Assembly: GCF_963921235.1 (NCBI RefSeq)
Contig: NC_086097.1
Location: 113,896,001 to 113,960,000, forward strand
Reading direction: 5' to 3'
DNA: 64,000 nt
Source: Mobula hypostoma
Taxonomy: Eukaryota
This document shows positions 37,049 through 50,100 of this stretch, one piece after another. Within the stretch, counting starts at the first letter, position 1, and each line of letters starts with the position of its first letter. Position numbers and translations under genes: made by a program. The notes beneath the pieces are model-generated. The model did not search any database and was not told the DNA's origin. It saw nothing but the letters and a program-made list of their open reading frames with translations.

Positions 37049-38878
37049 GCAACACACATAAAAGTTGCTGATGAACGCAGCAGGCCAGGTAGCATCTCTA
37101 GGAAGAGGTACAGTCGATGTTTCGGGCCGAGACCCTTTGTCAGGACTAACTGAAAGAAGAGCTAGTAAGAGATCTGAAATTGAGAGGGGGAGGGGGAGAT
37201 CTGAAATGATAGGAGAAGACAGGAGGGGGAGGGATGGAGCCAAGAGCTGGACAGGTGATTGGCAAAAGGGATATGAGAGGATCATGGGACAGGAGGCCCA
37301 GGGAGAAAGAAAAAGGGGAAGGGAGGAAGCCCAAAGGATGGGCAAGGGGTATAGTGAGAGGGACAGAGGGAGAAAAGGGAGAGAGAGAAAAAGAATGTGT
37401 GTATATGTGTATATAAATAAATAAACAACGGATGGGGTACGAGGGGGAGGTGGGACATTAGCGGAAGTTAGAGAAGTCAATGTTCATGCCATGAGGTTGG
37501 AGGCCACCCAGACGGAATATAAGGTGTTGTTCCTCCAACCTGAGTGTGGCTTCATCTTTACAGTAGAGGAGGCTGTGGATAGACACGTCAGAATGGGAAT
37601 GGGACATGGAATTAAAATGTGTGGCCACTGGGAGATCCTGCTTTCTCTGGCGGACAGAGCATAGGTGTTCAGCGAAATGATCTCCCAGTCTGCGTCGAAA
37701 CTCGCCAATATATAGAAGGCCGCATCGGGAGCACCGGACACCCCAGCCAACACACAGGTGAAGTGTCACCTCACCTGGAAGGACTAAATGATAGTGAGGG
37801 AGGAAGTGTAAGGGCATGTGCAGCACTTGTTCCACTTACAAGGATAAGTGCCAGGAGGGAGATCAGTGGGGAGGGATGGGGGTTATGAATGGACAAGGGA
37901 GTCATGTAGGGAGCGATCCCTGCAGAAAGCCGGGGGTGGGGGGGAGGGAAAGATGTGCTTAGTTGTGGGATCCCGTTGGAGGTGGTGGAAGTTACGGAGA
38001 ATTATATGTTGGACCCGGAGGCTGGTGGGGTGGTAGGTGAGGACAAGGGGAACTCTATTCCTAGTAGGGTGGCAGGAGGATGGAGTGAGAGCAGATGTGT
38101 GTGAAATGGGGATGATGCGTTCGAGAGCAGAGTTGATGGTGGAGGAAGGGAAGCCCCTTTCTTTAAAAAAGGAGGACATCTCCTTCGTCCTGGAATGAAA
38201 AGCCTCATCCTGAGAGCAGATGCAGCGGAGACAGGAATTGCGAGAAGGGGATGGCATTTTTGCAAGAGACAGGGTGAGAAGAGGAATAGTCCAGATAGCT
38301 GTGAGAGTCAGTAGGCTTATAACAGACATCAGTAGATAAGCTGTCTCCAGAGATAGAGACAGAAAGATCTAGAAAGAGGAGGGAGGTGTCAGAAATGGAC
38401 CAGGTAAACTTGAGGGCAGGGTGAAAGCTGGAGGCAAAGTTAATGAAGTCAACGAGCTCAGCATGCATGCAGGAAGCAGCGCCAATGCAGTCGTTGATGT
38501 AGCAAAGGAAAAGTGGGGGACAGATACCAGAATAGGTTTGGAACATAGATTGTTCCACAAAGCCAACAAAAGGCAGGCATAGCTGGGACCCATATGAGTG
38601 CCCATGGCTACACCTTTAGTTTGGAGGAAGTGGGAGGAGCCAAAGGAGAAATTATTAAGAGTAAGGACTAATTCCGCTAGATGGAGCAGAGTGGTAGTAG
38701 AGGGGAACTGGTTATGTCTGGAATCCAAAAAGAAGCGGAGAGCTTTGAGACCTTCCTGATGGGGGATGGAAATATATAGGGACTGGACATCCATGGTGAA
38801 AATAAAGCGGTGAGGGCCAGGGAACCTAAAATCATCAAAAATTTTCAGGGCGTGAGAAGTGTCACTAACATAGGTAGG
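37049..38878 (-). mobile_element. Penelope-like element (RT plus GIY-YIG), 5'-truncated and frameshifted
   Basis: FTMDVQSLYISIPH, LNNFSFGSSHFLQTKGVAMGTHMGP, YINDCIG (YIDD position), YKPTDSHSYL, and GIY-YIG RCSRCGLLYIGE...FAEH...RLEEQHLIFRLG. Confidence 0.93.
37109..37148 (-). ncRNA. Minimal type-I hammerhead ribozyme motif with two CpG-type mutations
   Basis: Minus strand AGTC-CTGACAA-AGGGTCTCGGCCC-GAAA-C-ATC-GACT. Stems I and II are intact; the core G and the triplet G read A. Confidence 0.7.
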
Positions 38879-39499
38879 TGTCAGGAACATATATAATAAG
38901 AGGCATTGATCAAGCGGATACCTAGAAACTTTTTCCCAGAGTGGAAATGGCTTATGAGGGGGAATCATTTTAAAGTAATCAGAGGGAAGTATGTGGGGGC
39001 GGGGGAAGAAATCATGATCCTATCAACATCTGCTTTAAATAAATACAATGTCTTGGCCCCCAGAGCCATCTGTGGCAATGAATTCGACAGACTGGCCACC
39101 CTCTGGCTAAAGAAATTCCTCCTCATCTCTGTTCTAAAGGGGCATCCTTGGATCTTGGGGCTGTTCCTTCTGCTCCTTGATTCCCTCACTTTGGGAATTA
39201 TCCTCTCCATGACCACTCTATCTAGGTCTTTCAATGTTCAATAGGTTTCCATGAGATCTCCTCTCCCCCTGCCCCTCACTCTTCTAAATTCCAGTGAGTA
39301 CAGCCCCAGAGCTCATAAATGAACCCTTCCATCCCTGGGATCTTTTAAAATGGACTTCCTCAATATTGATACAATATTGATACTGTCATGTTATTAACGC
39401 CCTGGAGCTTCTGATCGCAGTATAATCATGACGCAAGTATTCTAAGCTCCTGATGCAGAGTATGACTGTACTGCTTCGGCTGCTAGATGGGATTCCTTC

Positions 39500-39995
39500 C
39501 AAAGGTCAAAGTATGTTTGTTATCAAAGTACATATATGTCAGCACTCAATAACTTGAGATCCATTTTCTTGCAGATATTTACAGGAAACTACAGTAATAC
39601 AATAGAATTTATGAAAAACTATATACAAAGAAAGACGGGCAAACAACCAATGTGCAAAAAAGATAATATTTTTGAACAAAATAAATGTTATTTTTAATAA
39701 AAGAAATTTACAAGAACAAACCATTCAATGACTTTTCATTCTTTACTTTCATAGTCAATTCTCTTCCTACTGTTCTTATTTCATTCATACACATCAACAG
39801 CACTGCTCCCAATCATGTGACGCTCTGGGGGTGGTATACTGATACAATAATTGTACAAATAAAAATATAATACTGAGTACATGAGTTGTAGAGTCTTTGA
39901 AAATGAGTCTGCAGGTTGTGGAATCACTTCAGAGTTGAGGTGAGTGAAGTTATCCACACTGTTATAGGAGCCTCATAGTTGTAAGTTAGTAACTA
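39500..39995 (-). mobile_element. Rex1/Babar 3' UTR relic(s)
   Basis: CAAAGGTCAAAGTATGTTTGTTATCAAAGTACATATATGTCA is the reverse complement of the tail type seen at 2870-2933. Confidence 0.55.
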
Positions 39996-40937
39996 TATCT
40001 ATTTCTATCACTATCTGTATGATTTCTATCACTGTTTTCACTAACTTTGGTCAACCATGTGAAGCCATTAAGCTTTTTTGGGCACTGATCCTCAAGGCAC
40101 TTTTTTGTTGGGGATTAGGGAACTTCTGAACACCGAGGCTTCAGGGCTTTGTCTAGATTTTGCTTGACTTAGTAAGTGTGTTTGCAGGTAAGTAGGTTCC
40201 TACTCTCTTGTCTACACAGCTTCCTTTACAGCCAAGGCTTCACAGGTTTTGCAGGAGTGGTCACTAGCCCTACATAAAGGGCAAGATATTGGTTGGCAGG
40301 GGTTAATTTCAGAAGGTGTACAGGACCATCAGTATTGATTGATCTCATCTGCTACTAGGGAATATGTTGGGATTGGCATTTACAAAGTATGCAAGTGCTG
40401 AAACCTCTCCATATGCTTTTATGGGCTTATGAATTTCTGGTGCAATATGAAGAGCTGAGTGACATTACCTTCTGACCTGTCATATATTCTGTGATGAGGA
40501 TGTACCCCAAATGTACCTTTGTGTACATCTATATGTACCCCTAATGGAAGAGCAAAACTTGAGTATGGTTTTGGACTTTCAGCTATTGTCTGACCTTCGC
40601 CATCTTTCAGAGGAAGAATTGGAACAGCACAATCTTGTTTATTAAACCACGGCCAAATATCCTCTTAAGAAGTTTGTGTTACTTTTACTGAACTTGGTAT
40701 TAACAGACTAGTACTTTGCCAATCCTGCAACATCGATTATTCTACTGACAATTTTCTTACAAAATGTTTTCAAGCAAGTCGGCATTGCCAACAAAGCTGC
40801 TATTTATTATCAGTTCCACTTGGGCTTGAGAGTCGTGGCTACAAAAGCTTGCTTGTTATGGCTGTCAAGCCCAAGTGGAAAGGTGCTCCACCACAGTGCT
40901 TCTGGATGGAGGGCTCCAGTCTGAAGACTCAAGTGAA

Positions 40938-41195
40938 GGCACAGTAGCATAGTGGTTAGCACAATGGTTTACAGTACAGGCGACCTGGGTTCAATTCCTG
41001 CTGCTGGCTTACAGGAGTTTGTAGGTCTCTGTGGGTTTCCTCGGGGTGCTCCGGTTTCTTCCCACAGTCCAAAGAAGTACCAGTTGGTAGATTAATTGAT
41101 CTTTGTAATCTGTCCCATGATTAGGCTAGGATTAAATCAGAGGGGTTGCTCGAAGGGCTTGAAGAGCCTACTCCATGCTGTGTCTAATAAATAAA
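40938..41195 (+). mobile_element. tRNA-derived V-SINE (HE1-like)
   Basis: GGCACAGTAGCATAGTGGTTAG (A box), GGGTTCAATTCC (B box), GGGTTTCCTCGGGGTGCTCCGGTTTCTTCCCACAGTCCAAAGA V-domain, (TAAA)n. Confidence 0.85.
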
Positions 41196-43139
41196 CAACT
41201 TGCGTGGTGTAAGACTCGGAATTGGTGACGCTCCTGTGATGGCTGCTCCTTATTCTTCTTGGGAGGTTTGGGAGGCACTTGAAAGACATTGCATCAACAT
41301 CTTTTGCCCATATTTCTGTGTAAAACCATAAGACATGGGAGCAGAATTAGGCCCTTCGGTCTATTAAGTCTGCTCCGCTATTTGATCATGTCTGGTTTAT
41401 TAATCCCTCTCAGTCTTTCTCCAGCCTTCTCCCCATAACCTTTGACACCCTTACTAATCAAGAACCTGGATTACCAAGAATATTACATATCATATATTTG
41501 TACTTTCTGGAAAGAAGGCAGGTATTCGTCTGCCATTTGTTAATATGTTCATTCAAATAGCGAGTTGTCTCTACTTACCTAGATAAAGTGCAACGCAGTT
41601 TGCCTTTAGGTTGCATGCATCATATATAAGGGGCTAGACCATTATCGCTACTGCATGAGCTGGAAATATGCTATAGTGTATGGTATTAATATTAGCTGTT
41701 TCCCCTCAAGACTGAGAAAGCTCCTTGCCAGAAATCGTGACATGTCAGTTGTCTTGTTGAGATTTCTGTCTTTTCTCTTAATCCAAATTGCACACTCAGC
41801 ATTATTTTCATAGAGGATGACGTTAGTGCTTTATGGATTTTTTTTATATCAGTGTAGACCAGAGGTCCTTGCAAATGCTAAATATGGCATTCATCCAATG
41901 CTAAATTACTATATTATTGTTTACTTTGCAACATCCCTGCAGCTGAATCAATTGGTTAACTGTTTCATGTGGGTTGATAATGGTCTGAATTATACAGAGA
42001 AACAGATCTGCGTGAGTCTAACAGAAATAGTCCTCACGAAGACATGAACCTGCTTGCATTCTCCTTTTTTGAATTTGTCCATCCCTGGAAGATCATAAGT
42101 AACAGATTCCACAAACGAAAACACAAACGAGCCTGCAATACATTATTTATGACAGTGCCTGTAGCATTATACTGCTGTCTATTTAACTAGATGTACTTTA
42201 AGTCAACTTGTACATCTACGGAGTTTTTAAATTATCTGCCAATATTATTGTCTTAATACTATTTTTTATGTGTATGTGATAAATGTATGTGTTTTACACC
42301 TTGGATCCAAAGGAATGTTGTTTTGATTAGCTGTATACATGTGTATGGTTCAATGACAATCAACCTGAACTTGAAATTGAAATACTGTGTAAAGTAAGAA
42401 TTTGTCAGTCCAGTTGAAGGTGCACTGTATCGGAAAGTAAGCTGGGGCAGCATTTGTGGAGAAAGCGCCAATTTAATGTTTTAGATCAAAGCTGTTTCAG
42501 CATTGAACTGTCCAGATGAGCGTTCTTTGTTTACTCCATTTCTGTTTCCATAAATTCTGTTTGACTTGCGTGAGTGATCTCCATCACTTTCATCATTTCC
42601 ATTGTTTCGGATTTCCCATATTTGATGTCAATTAAAGTGATAGATTTTTAAAGTTTTTTTTTAATGTTACTGCAGAATGTAACGACATATCACTTAAAAG
42701 CACATTCTCCTGTTGAGGAAAAGATATAAAATACAAATGCTATTTATGTGTAGCACTGCTATGTAGAATAATGTGAAAAAGGAAATAGAATTCTGTTTGA
42801 GTTCTCTAACAACAATACAAAGTTATAATAGTGTAAAGTGCTCCGTATGCTTTCTGGTTGGTTTATGTGATCAAATTAATGACCTATTTTACACAATTTT
42901 GCTACATTTTATTTCCTTCCATTAGAGGAAGCCAGTCGAACAGGCCATAAATTGTGCAGAATCTGTAATAAGTAAAGCTTCGACATAAAAGTCTATCATG
43001 CTTGTAATCTGAAAATTGCTAGCATAGAGACCATATTTCCATTCTACCTCTATAACAATGTTTCTGTGCAACTTTCCACTCTCTTTCACTAATATTCAGA
43101 TGCAGAGGGAGTTTGGAAAACTAAAGATGAAGATTAAAG

Positions 43140-45831
43140 GTTACTTGCATCATACACTGGAGTGCTGTCTTCAGTTACCTGATGAGGTAACTGTAGCCTT
43201 TGGCCAGGAGCAGATGTCATCAGGAGCTGCCCAACTTTCATAGAGTGTTTCAACCCTTAACCACTACACTCGCCAGTTAGCAGGTCAGCAGTGGTGGCCA
43301 TGTCACTGGCCATCTGCTCCAGACTTCCAGCTCAACTCCTCTCACCTGCTTCATATCCAGCAAGAGCTCTTTCTGCTTCCTCCTCCATCCTGTGAGCTGC
43401 TTGGTTCTTGCTCTTCTCATCAAGGCCCAGAACAGACAGCAACCTTGCAAACCAACAACCCTCTATAGCCGAGATCCACAGGGAATAGAATAGCCACATC
43501 TGCCATCCTTCGTCCCCGCACTCCTGGACTATGGATTAGTACTTCAGGGCCTTCCTCCCATGGTACTGTGAGCTCCTCCAGGATGATTTTCTTGTCTTCG
43601 GTGGACCATAGTACGATGTCTCGTTGAAGTGTGGTTTGCAGCACCTCTGGGAACTGCAGCTTCCTCCCCACATTGACCCTCATCTTCCATGATTTGGCAG
43701 TTTGCAGCGGACTGGATTTAGGCCTCTTTGACATGACTGGCATGGTTCTCTCCTTGATGAAAATGGCTGCCCTGTTTGCCTCTCTGCCAGCCGGTCTCAT
43801 TTTATACCTTTCCTTCTCCGGTGTGTCAGCAAGGGACAGAGGACCTTGTTGTGGCGCCACATATACCGTCCTTGTGTTAAAACTGTTTTGTATCCTGACA
43901 GTATGTGTGCCAGTGAACCCCACTGACCACAAAGCTTGCAGTTAGAGTCCTCTCTCAGCCCCCATGTGTGCAGCTTTGATGGTGTAGGGAGAGTCTCATA
44001 CAGGGATTGCAGAAGGAAAGAGATGCTGAAGGGATCCATTCTCCAAAGCTCTGCCCAAGTGATCTTGTACTTGGGAAGATCCCATTTTGTCTCGGTGCCC
44101 TGTGACCCCAACTCCACCGCCCGCCTTTTCTCCTCGCAGTTCTGTACCTCTGCCAGGACCATGTCACGCCTATCCCTTGCACTTGCACTCCCCCATCTTT
44201 GGAAATGTGCTGAGCTGAGACCTTGCTGTCCCAGACACGGGTTGCCGATGATGTCTCTCAATTCCAGGGAGCTCACTGCCTGGTCTACGGCTGAGTAGGT
44301 GGCCCACTTTTGGCCCGATCTTGTTGTGATTCCTACTTGATTTAGTAGCTTGTCATTGGAACCCTTCAATGTTAACACAACTCTACATTTTGCCACCTTG
44401 AACTCCTCCACTACAGGAGCTGTAGCTGGCCTGATCTAACGTAGAGCCCCACTGAAGAAAAACTTGGGGAGATCCACAGACACCTCCACAGGTACTTGTT
44501 AGCTTTCTTCTTAAGGCCTTCCACAGTAGTCACGGGGAACCCGTACACCATGAAAAGCCACAGCAGCCTTGGTAAAAGACCATGTTAGTACAACCATGTC
44601 TTAAGTTTACCAGGGGTTCCGGTTTCGTTGATCTTCTTCTGCCACTCTTCAGTCTGCTTTACAGTGTCAGTGATGTTGGCGCTCTCCCTTATCGCTGCAT
44701 TAAACTTCTTTCTGAGTAAACTGAGTTGCCCTCTATGGATGGAATGACTTCTCACTGTACTTGAAGACTGAACTTGCTAGTAACCTTGCCCTTTTTGATC
44801 ACCGTGCATCTGGACTTCCTGGCTTTGGAGGTCATTCTAGCCCAGGTAGCTACATTGCCCAGCGTTTCCAATACCCATCTTGCTTGGACATGGGTTACAG
44901 TGGTCACTGCGATGTATTCCATGAACCCCCATATTGCAAGTTGTTAGATTCCAAGCTCCAACACTGGACCCTGGGTGACGTCTGCTGCTGCAGATATGAG
45001 GAGGTTCATACGCATGACAAACAAGATGGGGAAGGTGGTACAGCCGGTTGGAATCCCTTTTTGGAGGACTTGCCACCCGGTTGTAAAGTGGTCTGAAGTG
45101 AAGTGTGGCTTGAATCCTTCTAGGTAGCTGGTGATCATGTCTCATGTTACTAGCAGGATATGGTAATGGTCTGGGCCAACCTGGATGAGGACGTGTGGAA
45201 CTGATCCGTAGGCGAATGCTAGTTCTAACCAGATGACTGTTAGGTCGCCTTTTTTCTGTCTGGCCTCACGGATCAATTGGCTGATTATTGAGATGTGTTC
45301 AAGGCACCCAGGGAAACCCGGGATGCCACCTTTCTGAATGGATGTAGTGATTTAGCTGTTCTCCATTAAGTAAGAGGTCAGCCTTCTCACAAGCACCAAG
45401 AAGAATATCTTGCACTCCCTGCTAAGGAGGGAGATTGTCCTAAACTTGATGATTATGGAGGAATTTTCTTCCTTGGGAACAAAGCATCCATCAACCATTT
45501 TCCAGCTTGGTGGGATAGAGCCTTTGGTCCAAATCTTCCTCATTATCTTCCACAACCTCCAGAGGAGTTTTGAAAATTTCTTATATACCTTGTAGGGTAT
45601 ACCACTTGGTCCTGGGGTGGCAGATGACTTTGCTCTTTTGATGATATCCTGGACCTCCTGCCACTTCAGTTGTTTGGATTCTTGTTTGGGGGACTTTTGG
45701 ATTGAATTCTAGTCCCTGATTCCTACAGGAATCGCTGTGTGATTCCCACAGAAGTTCTTCCACCTCCTACTTTAAGCCCATTAGGGTGCCAGATTTCTGC
45801 TGGCTGAGAAGAGCTCTGGTGAACCTGAATG
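43140..45831 (-). mobile_element. HERO-like RLE non-LTR retrotransposon, 3' part (RT, CCHC, restriction-like endonuclease, 3' UTR)
   Basis: FRTISLLSRECKIFF, QKGGIPGFPGCLEH, WLELAFAYGSVPH, KGIPTGCTTFPILFV, EEFKVAKCR, CKLCGQWGSLAHILSG, DIVLWSTEDKKIILEELTVPWEE; many frameshifts. Confidence 0.85.
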
Positions 45832-47113
45832 CGTCGGTGCGGGAGCAAGGAGTGCTCGAGGTCGACGGACGACTGGAGATCATTAGGGAACTGGAGCAGG
45901 AGCTGGATGACCTGTGGATCATTCGGGAGAATGAGGAGATTATAGATCGCAGCTACAGGGAGGTAGTTACGCCAAAGGAGCAGAGGACAGGAAATTGGGT
46001 CACTGTCAGGCGAGGGAAGAGGAAAGGGCAGGCAGAGCAGGGTTCCCCTGTGGCCATTCCCCTCAACAACAAGTATACCGCATTGGATACTGCTGGGGGG
46101 GATGACTTACCTGGGACTAGCTGCGGTAGCCGGATCTCTGGCACTGAGTCTGGCTCTGCAGTGCAGAAGGGAGGGGGGGGGGGAAGAGGAGAGCAATAGT
46201 GATAGGGGACTCGATAGTTAGAGGTGCAGATAGAAGGTTCTGTGGTCGTGACAGAGAATCCAGGATGGTTTGTTGCCTCCCAGGTGCCAGGGTCAAGGAT
46301 GTCTCTGATCGATTGCATGACATTCTGAAGTGGGAGGGTGACCAGCCAGATGTCGTGGTGCACATCGGTACCAATGACATAGCAAGGAAGAGTGAAGAGG
46401 TCCTGGACAGTGAGTATAGAGAGCTTGGTAGGAAGTTGAAAAGCAGGACCTCAAGGGTGGTAATCTCAGGATTGCTACCTGTGCTAGGTGCCAGTGAGGG
46501 TAGGAATAGGATGCTCTGGAGGAGGAACAAGTGGCTGAGGAACTGGTGTAGGGGGCAGGGTTTCAGATTTCAGGATCATTGGGACCTCTTCTGGGGCAGG
46601 TGGGACCTGTACAAGAGAGACGGGTTACATTTGAACCACAGGGGGACCAATATCCTTTCAGGGAGGTTTGTTAGTGCTATTGGGGGGGCTTTAAACTAGA
46701 TTTGCAGGGGAATGGGAACCAGAGTGCCAGAGCTGACAGTGTGGCTGGGGTGAAAATAAATGATATTGAAAGTTTAAGCAAATCTGCTGATAGAAAGGTT
46801 GTGAGTGGTGGTAAAAATCTTCTGAGGTGTATATATTTCAATGCTAGGAGTATTGCGGGGAAGGCAGATGAGTTGAGGGCATGGATTGACACGTGGAATT
46901 ATGATGTTGTAGCAATTAGTGAAACTTGGCTACAGGAGGGGCAGGACTGGCAGCTTAATATTCCAGGGTTCCGATGTTTCAGATGTGATCGAGGCAGAGG
47001 AATGAAAGGTGGGGGAGTAGCATTGCTTGTTAGGGAAAATATTACAGCAGTGCTCAGGCAGGACAGATTAGAGGGCTTGTCTACTGAGTCCTTATGGGTG
47101 GAGCTGAGAAACA

Positions 47114-50100
47114 TAGAAACATAGAAACATAGAAAATAGGTGCAGGAGTAGGCCATTCGGCCCTTCGAGCCTGCACCGCCATTTATTATGATCATGGCTG
47201 ATCATCCAACTCAGAACCCCGCCCCAGCCTTCCCTCCATACCCCCTGACCCCTGTAGCCACAAGGGCCATATCTAACTCCCTCTTAAACATAGCCAATGA
47301 ACTGGCCTCAACAGTTTGCTGTGGCAGAGAATTCCACAGATTCACCACTCTCTGTGTGAAGAAGTTTTTCCTAATCTCAGTCCTAAAAGGCTTCCCCTCT
47401 ATCCTCAAACTGTGACCCCTCGTTCTGGACTTCCCCAACATCGGGAACAATCTTCCTGCATCTAGCCTGTCCAATCCCTTTAGGATCTTATACATTTCAA
47501 TCAGATCCCCCCTCAATCTTCTAAATTCCAATGAGTACAAGCCTAGTTCATCCAGTCTTTCTTCATATGAAAGTCCTGCCATCCCAGGAATCAATCTGGT
47601 GAACCTTCTTTGTACTCCCTCTATGGCAAAGATGTCTTTCCTCAGATAAGGGGACCAAAACTGCACACAATACTCCAGGTGTGGTCTCACCGAGGCCTTG
47701 TACAACTGCAGTAGTACCTCCCTGCTCCTGTACTCGAATCCTCTTGCTATAAATGCCAGCATACCATTCGCCTTTTTCACCTTCTGCTGTACCTGCATGC
47801 CCACTTTCAATGACTGGTGTATAATGACACCCAGGTCTCGTTGCACCTCCCCTTTTCCTAATCGGCCACCATTCAGATAATAATCTGTTTTCCTATTTTT
47901 GCCACCAAAGTGGATAACTTCAAATTTATCCACATTAAATTGCATCTGCCATGAGTTTGCCCACTCACCCAACCTATCCAAGTCACCCTGCATCCTCTTA
48001 GCATCCACCTCACTGCTAACACTGCCACCCAGCTTCGTGTCATCTGCAAACTTGGAGATGCTGCATTTAATTCCCTCATGCAAGTCATTAATATATATTG
48101 TAAACAACTGGGGTCCCAGCACTGAGCCTTGCGGTACCCCACTAGTCACCGCCTGCCATTCTGAAAAGGTCCCGTTTATTCCCACTCTTTGCTTCCTGTC
48201 TGCTAACCAATTCTCCACCCACACCAATATCTTACCCCCAATACCGTGTGCTTTAAGTTTGCACACTAATCTCCTGTGTGGGACCTTGTCAAAAGCCTTT
48301 TGAAAATCCAAATATACCACATCCACTGCTTCTCCCCTATCCACTCTACTAGTTACATCCTCAAAAAATTCTATGAGATTCGTCAGACATGATTTTCCTT
48401 TCACAAATCCATGCTGACTTTGTCCGATCATTTCACTGCTTTCCAAATGTGCTGTTATCACATCCTTGATAACTGACTCCAGCAGTTTCCCCACCACCGA
48501 CGTTAGGCTAACCGGTCTATAATTCCCCGGTTTCTCTCTCCCTCCTTTTTTAAAAAGTGGGGTTACATTAGCCACCCTCCAATCCTCAGGAACTAGTCCA
48601 GAATCTAACGAGTTTTGAAAAATTATCACTAATGCATCCACTATTTCTTGGGCTACTTCCTTAAGCACTCTAGGATGCAGACCATCTGGCCCTGGGGATT
48701 TATCGGCCTTCAATCCCTTCAATTTACCTAACACCACTTCCCTACTAACATGTATTTCACTCAGTTCCTCCATCTCACTGGACCCTCTGTCCCTTACTAT
48801 TTCTGGAAGATTATTTATGTCCTCCTTAGTGAAGACAGAACCAAAGTAATTATTCAATTGGTCTGCCATGTCCTTGCTCCCCATAATCAATTCACCTGTT
48901 TCTGTCTGCAGGGGACCTACATTTGTCTTTACCAGTCTTTTCCTTTTTACATATCTATAAAAACTTTTACAGTCCGTTTTTATGTTCCCCGCCAGTTTTC
49001 TCTCATAATCTTTTTTCCCCTTCCTAATTAAGCCCTTTGTCCTCCTCTGCTGAACTCTGAATTTCTCCCAGTCCTCAGGTGAGCCACTTTCTCTGGCTAA
49101 TTTGTATGCTACTTCTTTGGAATTGATACTATCCCTAATTTCTCTTGTCAGCCACGGGTGCATGACCTTCCTTGATTTATTCTTTTGCCAAACTGGGATG
49201 AACAATTGTTGTAGTTCATCCATGCAACCTTTAAATGCTTGCCATTGCATATCCACTGTCAATCCTTTCAGTGTCATTTGCCAGTATATCTTAGCTAATT
49301 CACGTCTCATACCTTCAATGTTACCCCTCTTTAAGTTCAGAACCTTTGTTTCTGAATTAACTATGTCACTCTCCATATTAATGAAGAATTCCACCATATT
49401 ATGGTCACTCTTACCCAAGGGGCCTCTCACGTCAAGATCGCTAATTAACCCTTCCTCATTGCTCAAAACCCAGTCCAGAATAGCCTGCTCTCTCTTGTTG
49501 GTTCCTTGACATGTTGGTTCAAAAAACCATCCCGCATACATTCCAAGAAATCCTCTTCCTCAGCACCTTTACCAATTTGGTTCACCCAGTCTACATGTAG
49601 ATTGAAGTCACCCATTATAACTGCTGTTCCTTTATTGCACACATTTCTAATTTCCTGTTTAATACCATCTCCGACCTCACTACTACTGTTAGGTGGCCTG
49701 TACACAACTCCCACCAGCGTCTTCTGCCCCTTAGTGTTACGCAGCTCTACCCATATCGATTCCACATCTTCCCGGCTTATGTCCTTCCTTTCTATTGCGT
49801 TAATCTCTTCTTTAACCAGCAACGCCACCCCACCTCCCCTTCCTTCATGTCTATCCCTCCTGAATATTGAATATCCCTGAACGTTGAGTTCCCATCCCTG
49901 GTCACCCTGGAGCCATGTCTCTGTGATCCCAACTATATCATAATCATTAATAACAATCTGCACTTTCAATTCATCCACCTTATTACGAATGCTCCTTGCA
50001 TTGACACATAAAGCCTTCAGGCGCTCTTTTACAACTCTCTTAGCCCTTGTACAATTATGTTGAAAAGTGGCCCTTTTTAATGCTTGCCCTGGATTTGTCG

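Noticed and set aside
36718..37480. Overlapping 125-196 aa ORFs
   Set aside because: They consist of low-complexity PLE 3' UTR plus an adjacent unclassified repeat (36770-37045) with a Rex-like tail.
39995..40740. Non-repetitive-looking stretch with protein-like short minus-strand frames
   Set aside because: There are multiple stops and no recognisable family; it cannot be supported without TBLASTX.
40938..41000. tRNA gene
   Set aside because: The A/B boxes belong to a V-SINE head and no cloverleaf is evident.
43179..43185. Plus-strand CTGATGA as a hammerhead core
   Set aside because: It is buried in a perfect hairpin with no properly placed GAAA or stem III on that strand.
45786..46199. 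Apparent 137-aa ORF with a novel N-terminus
   Set aside because: It is a chimeric read-through of HERO antisense sequence, a CR1 5' UTR piece and truncated CR1 ORF1.
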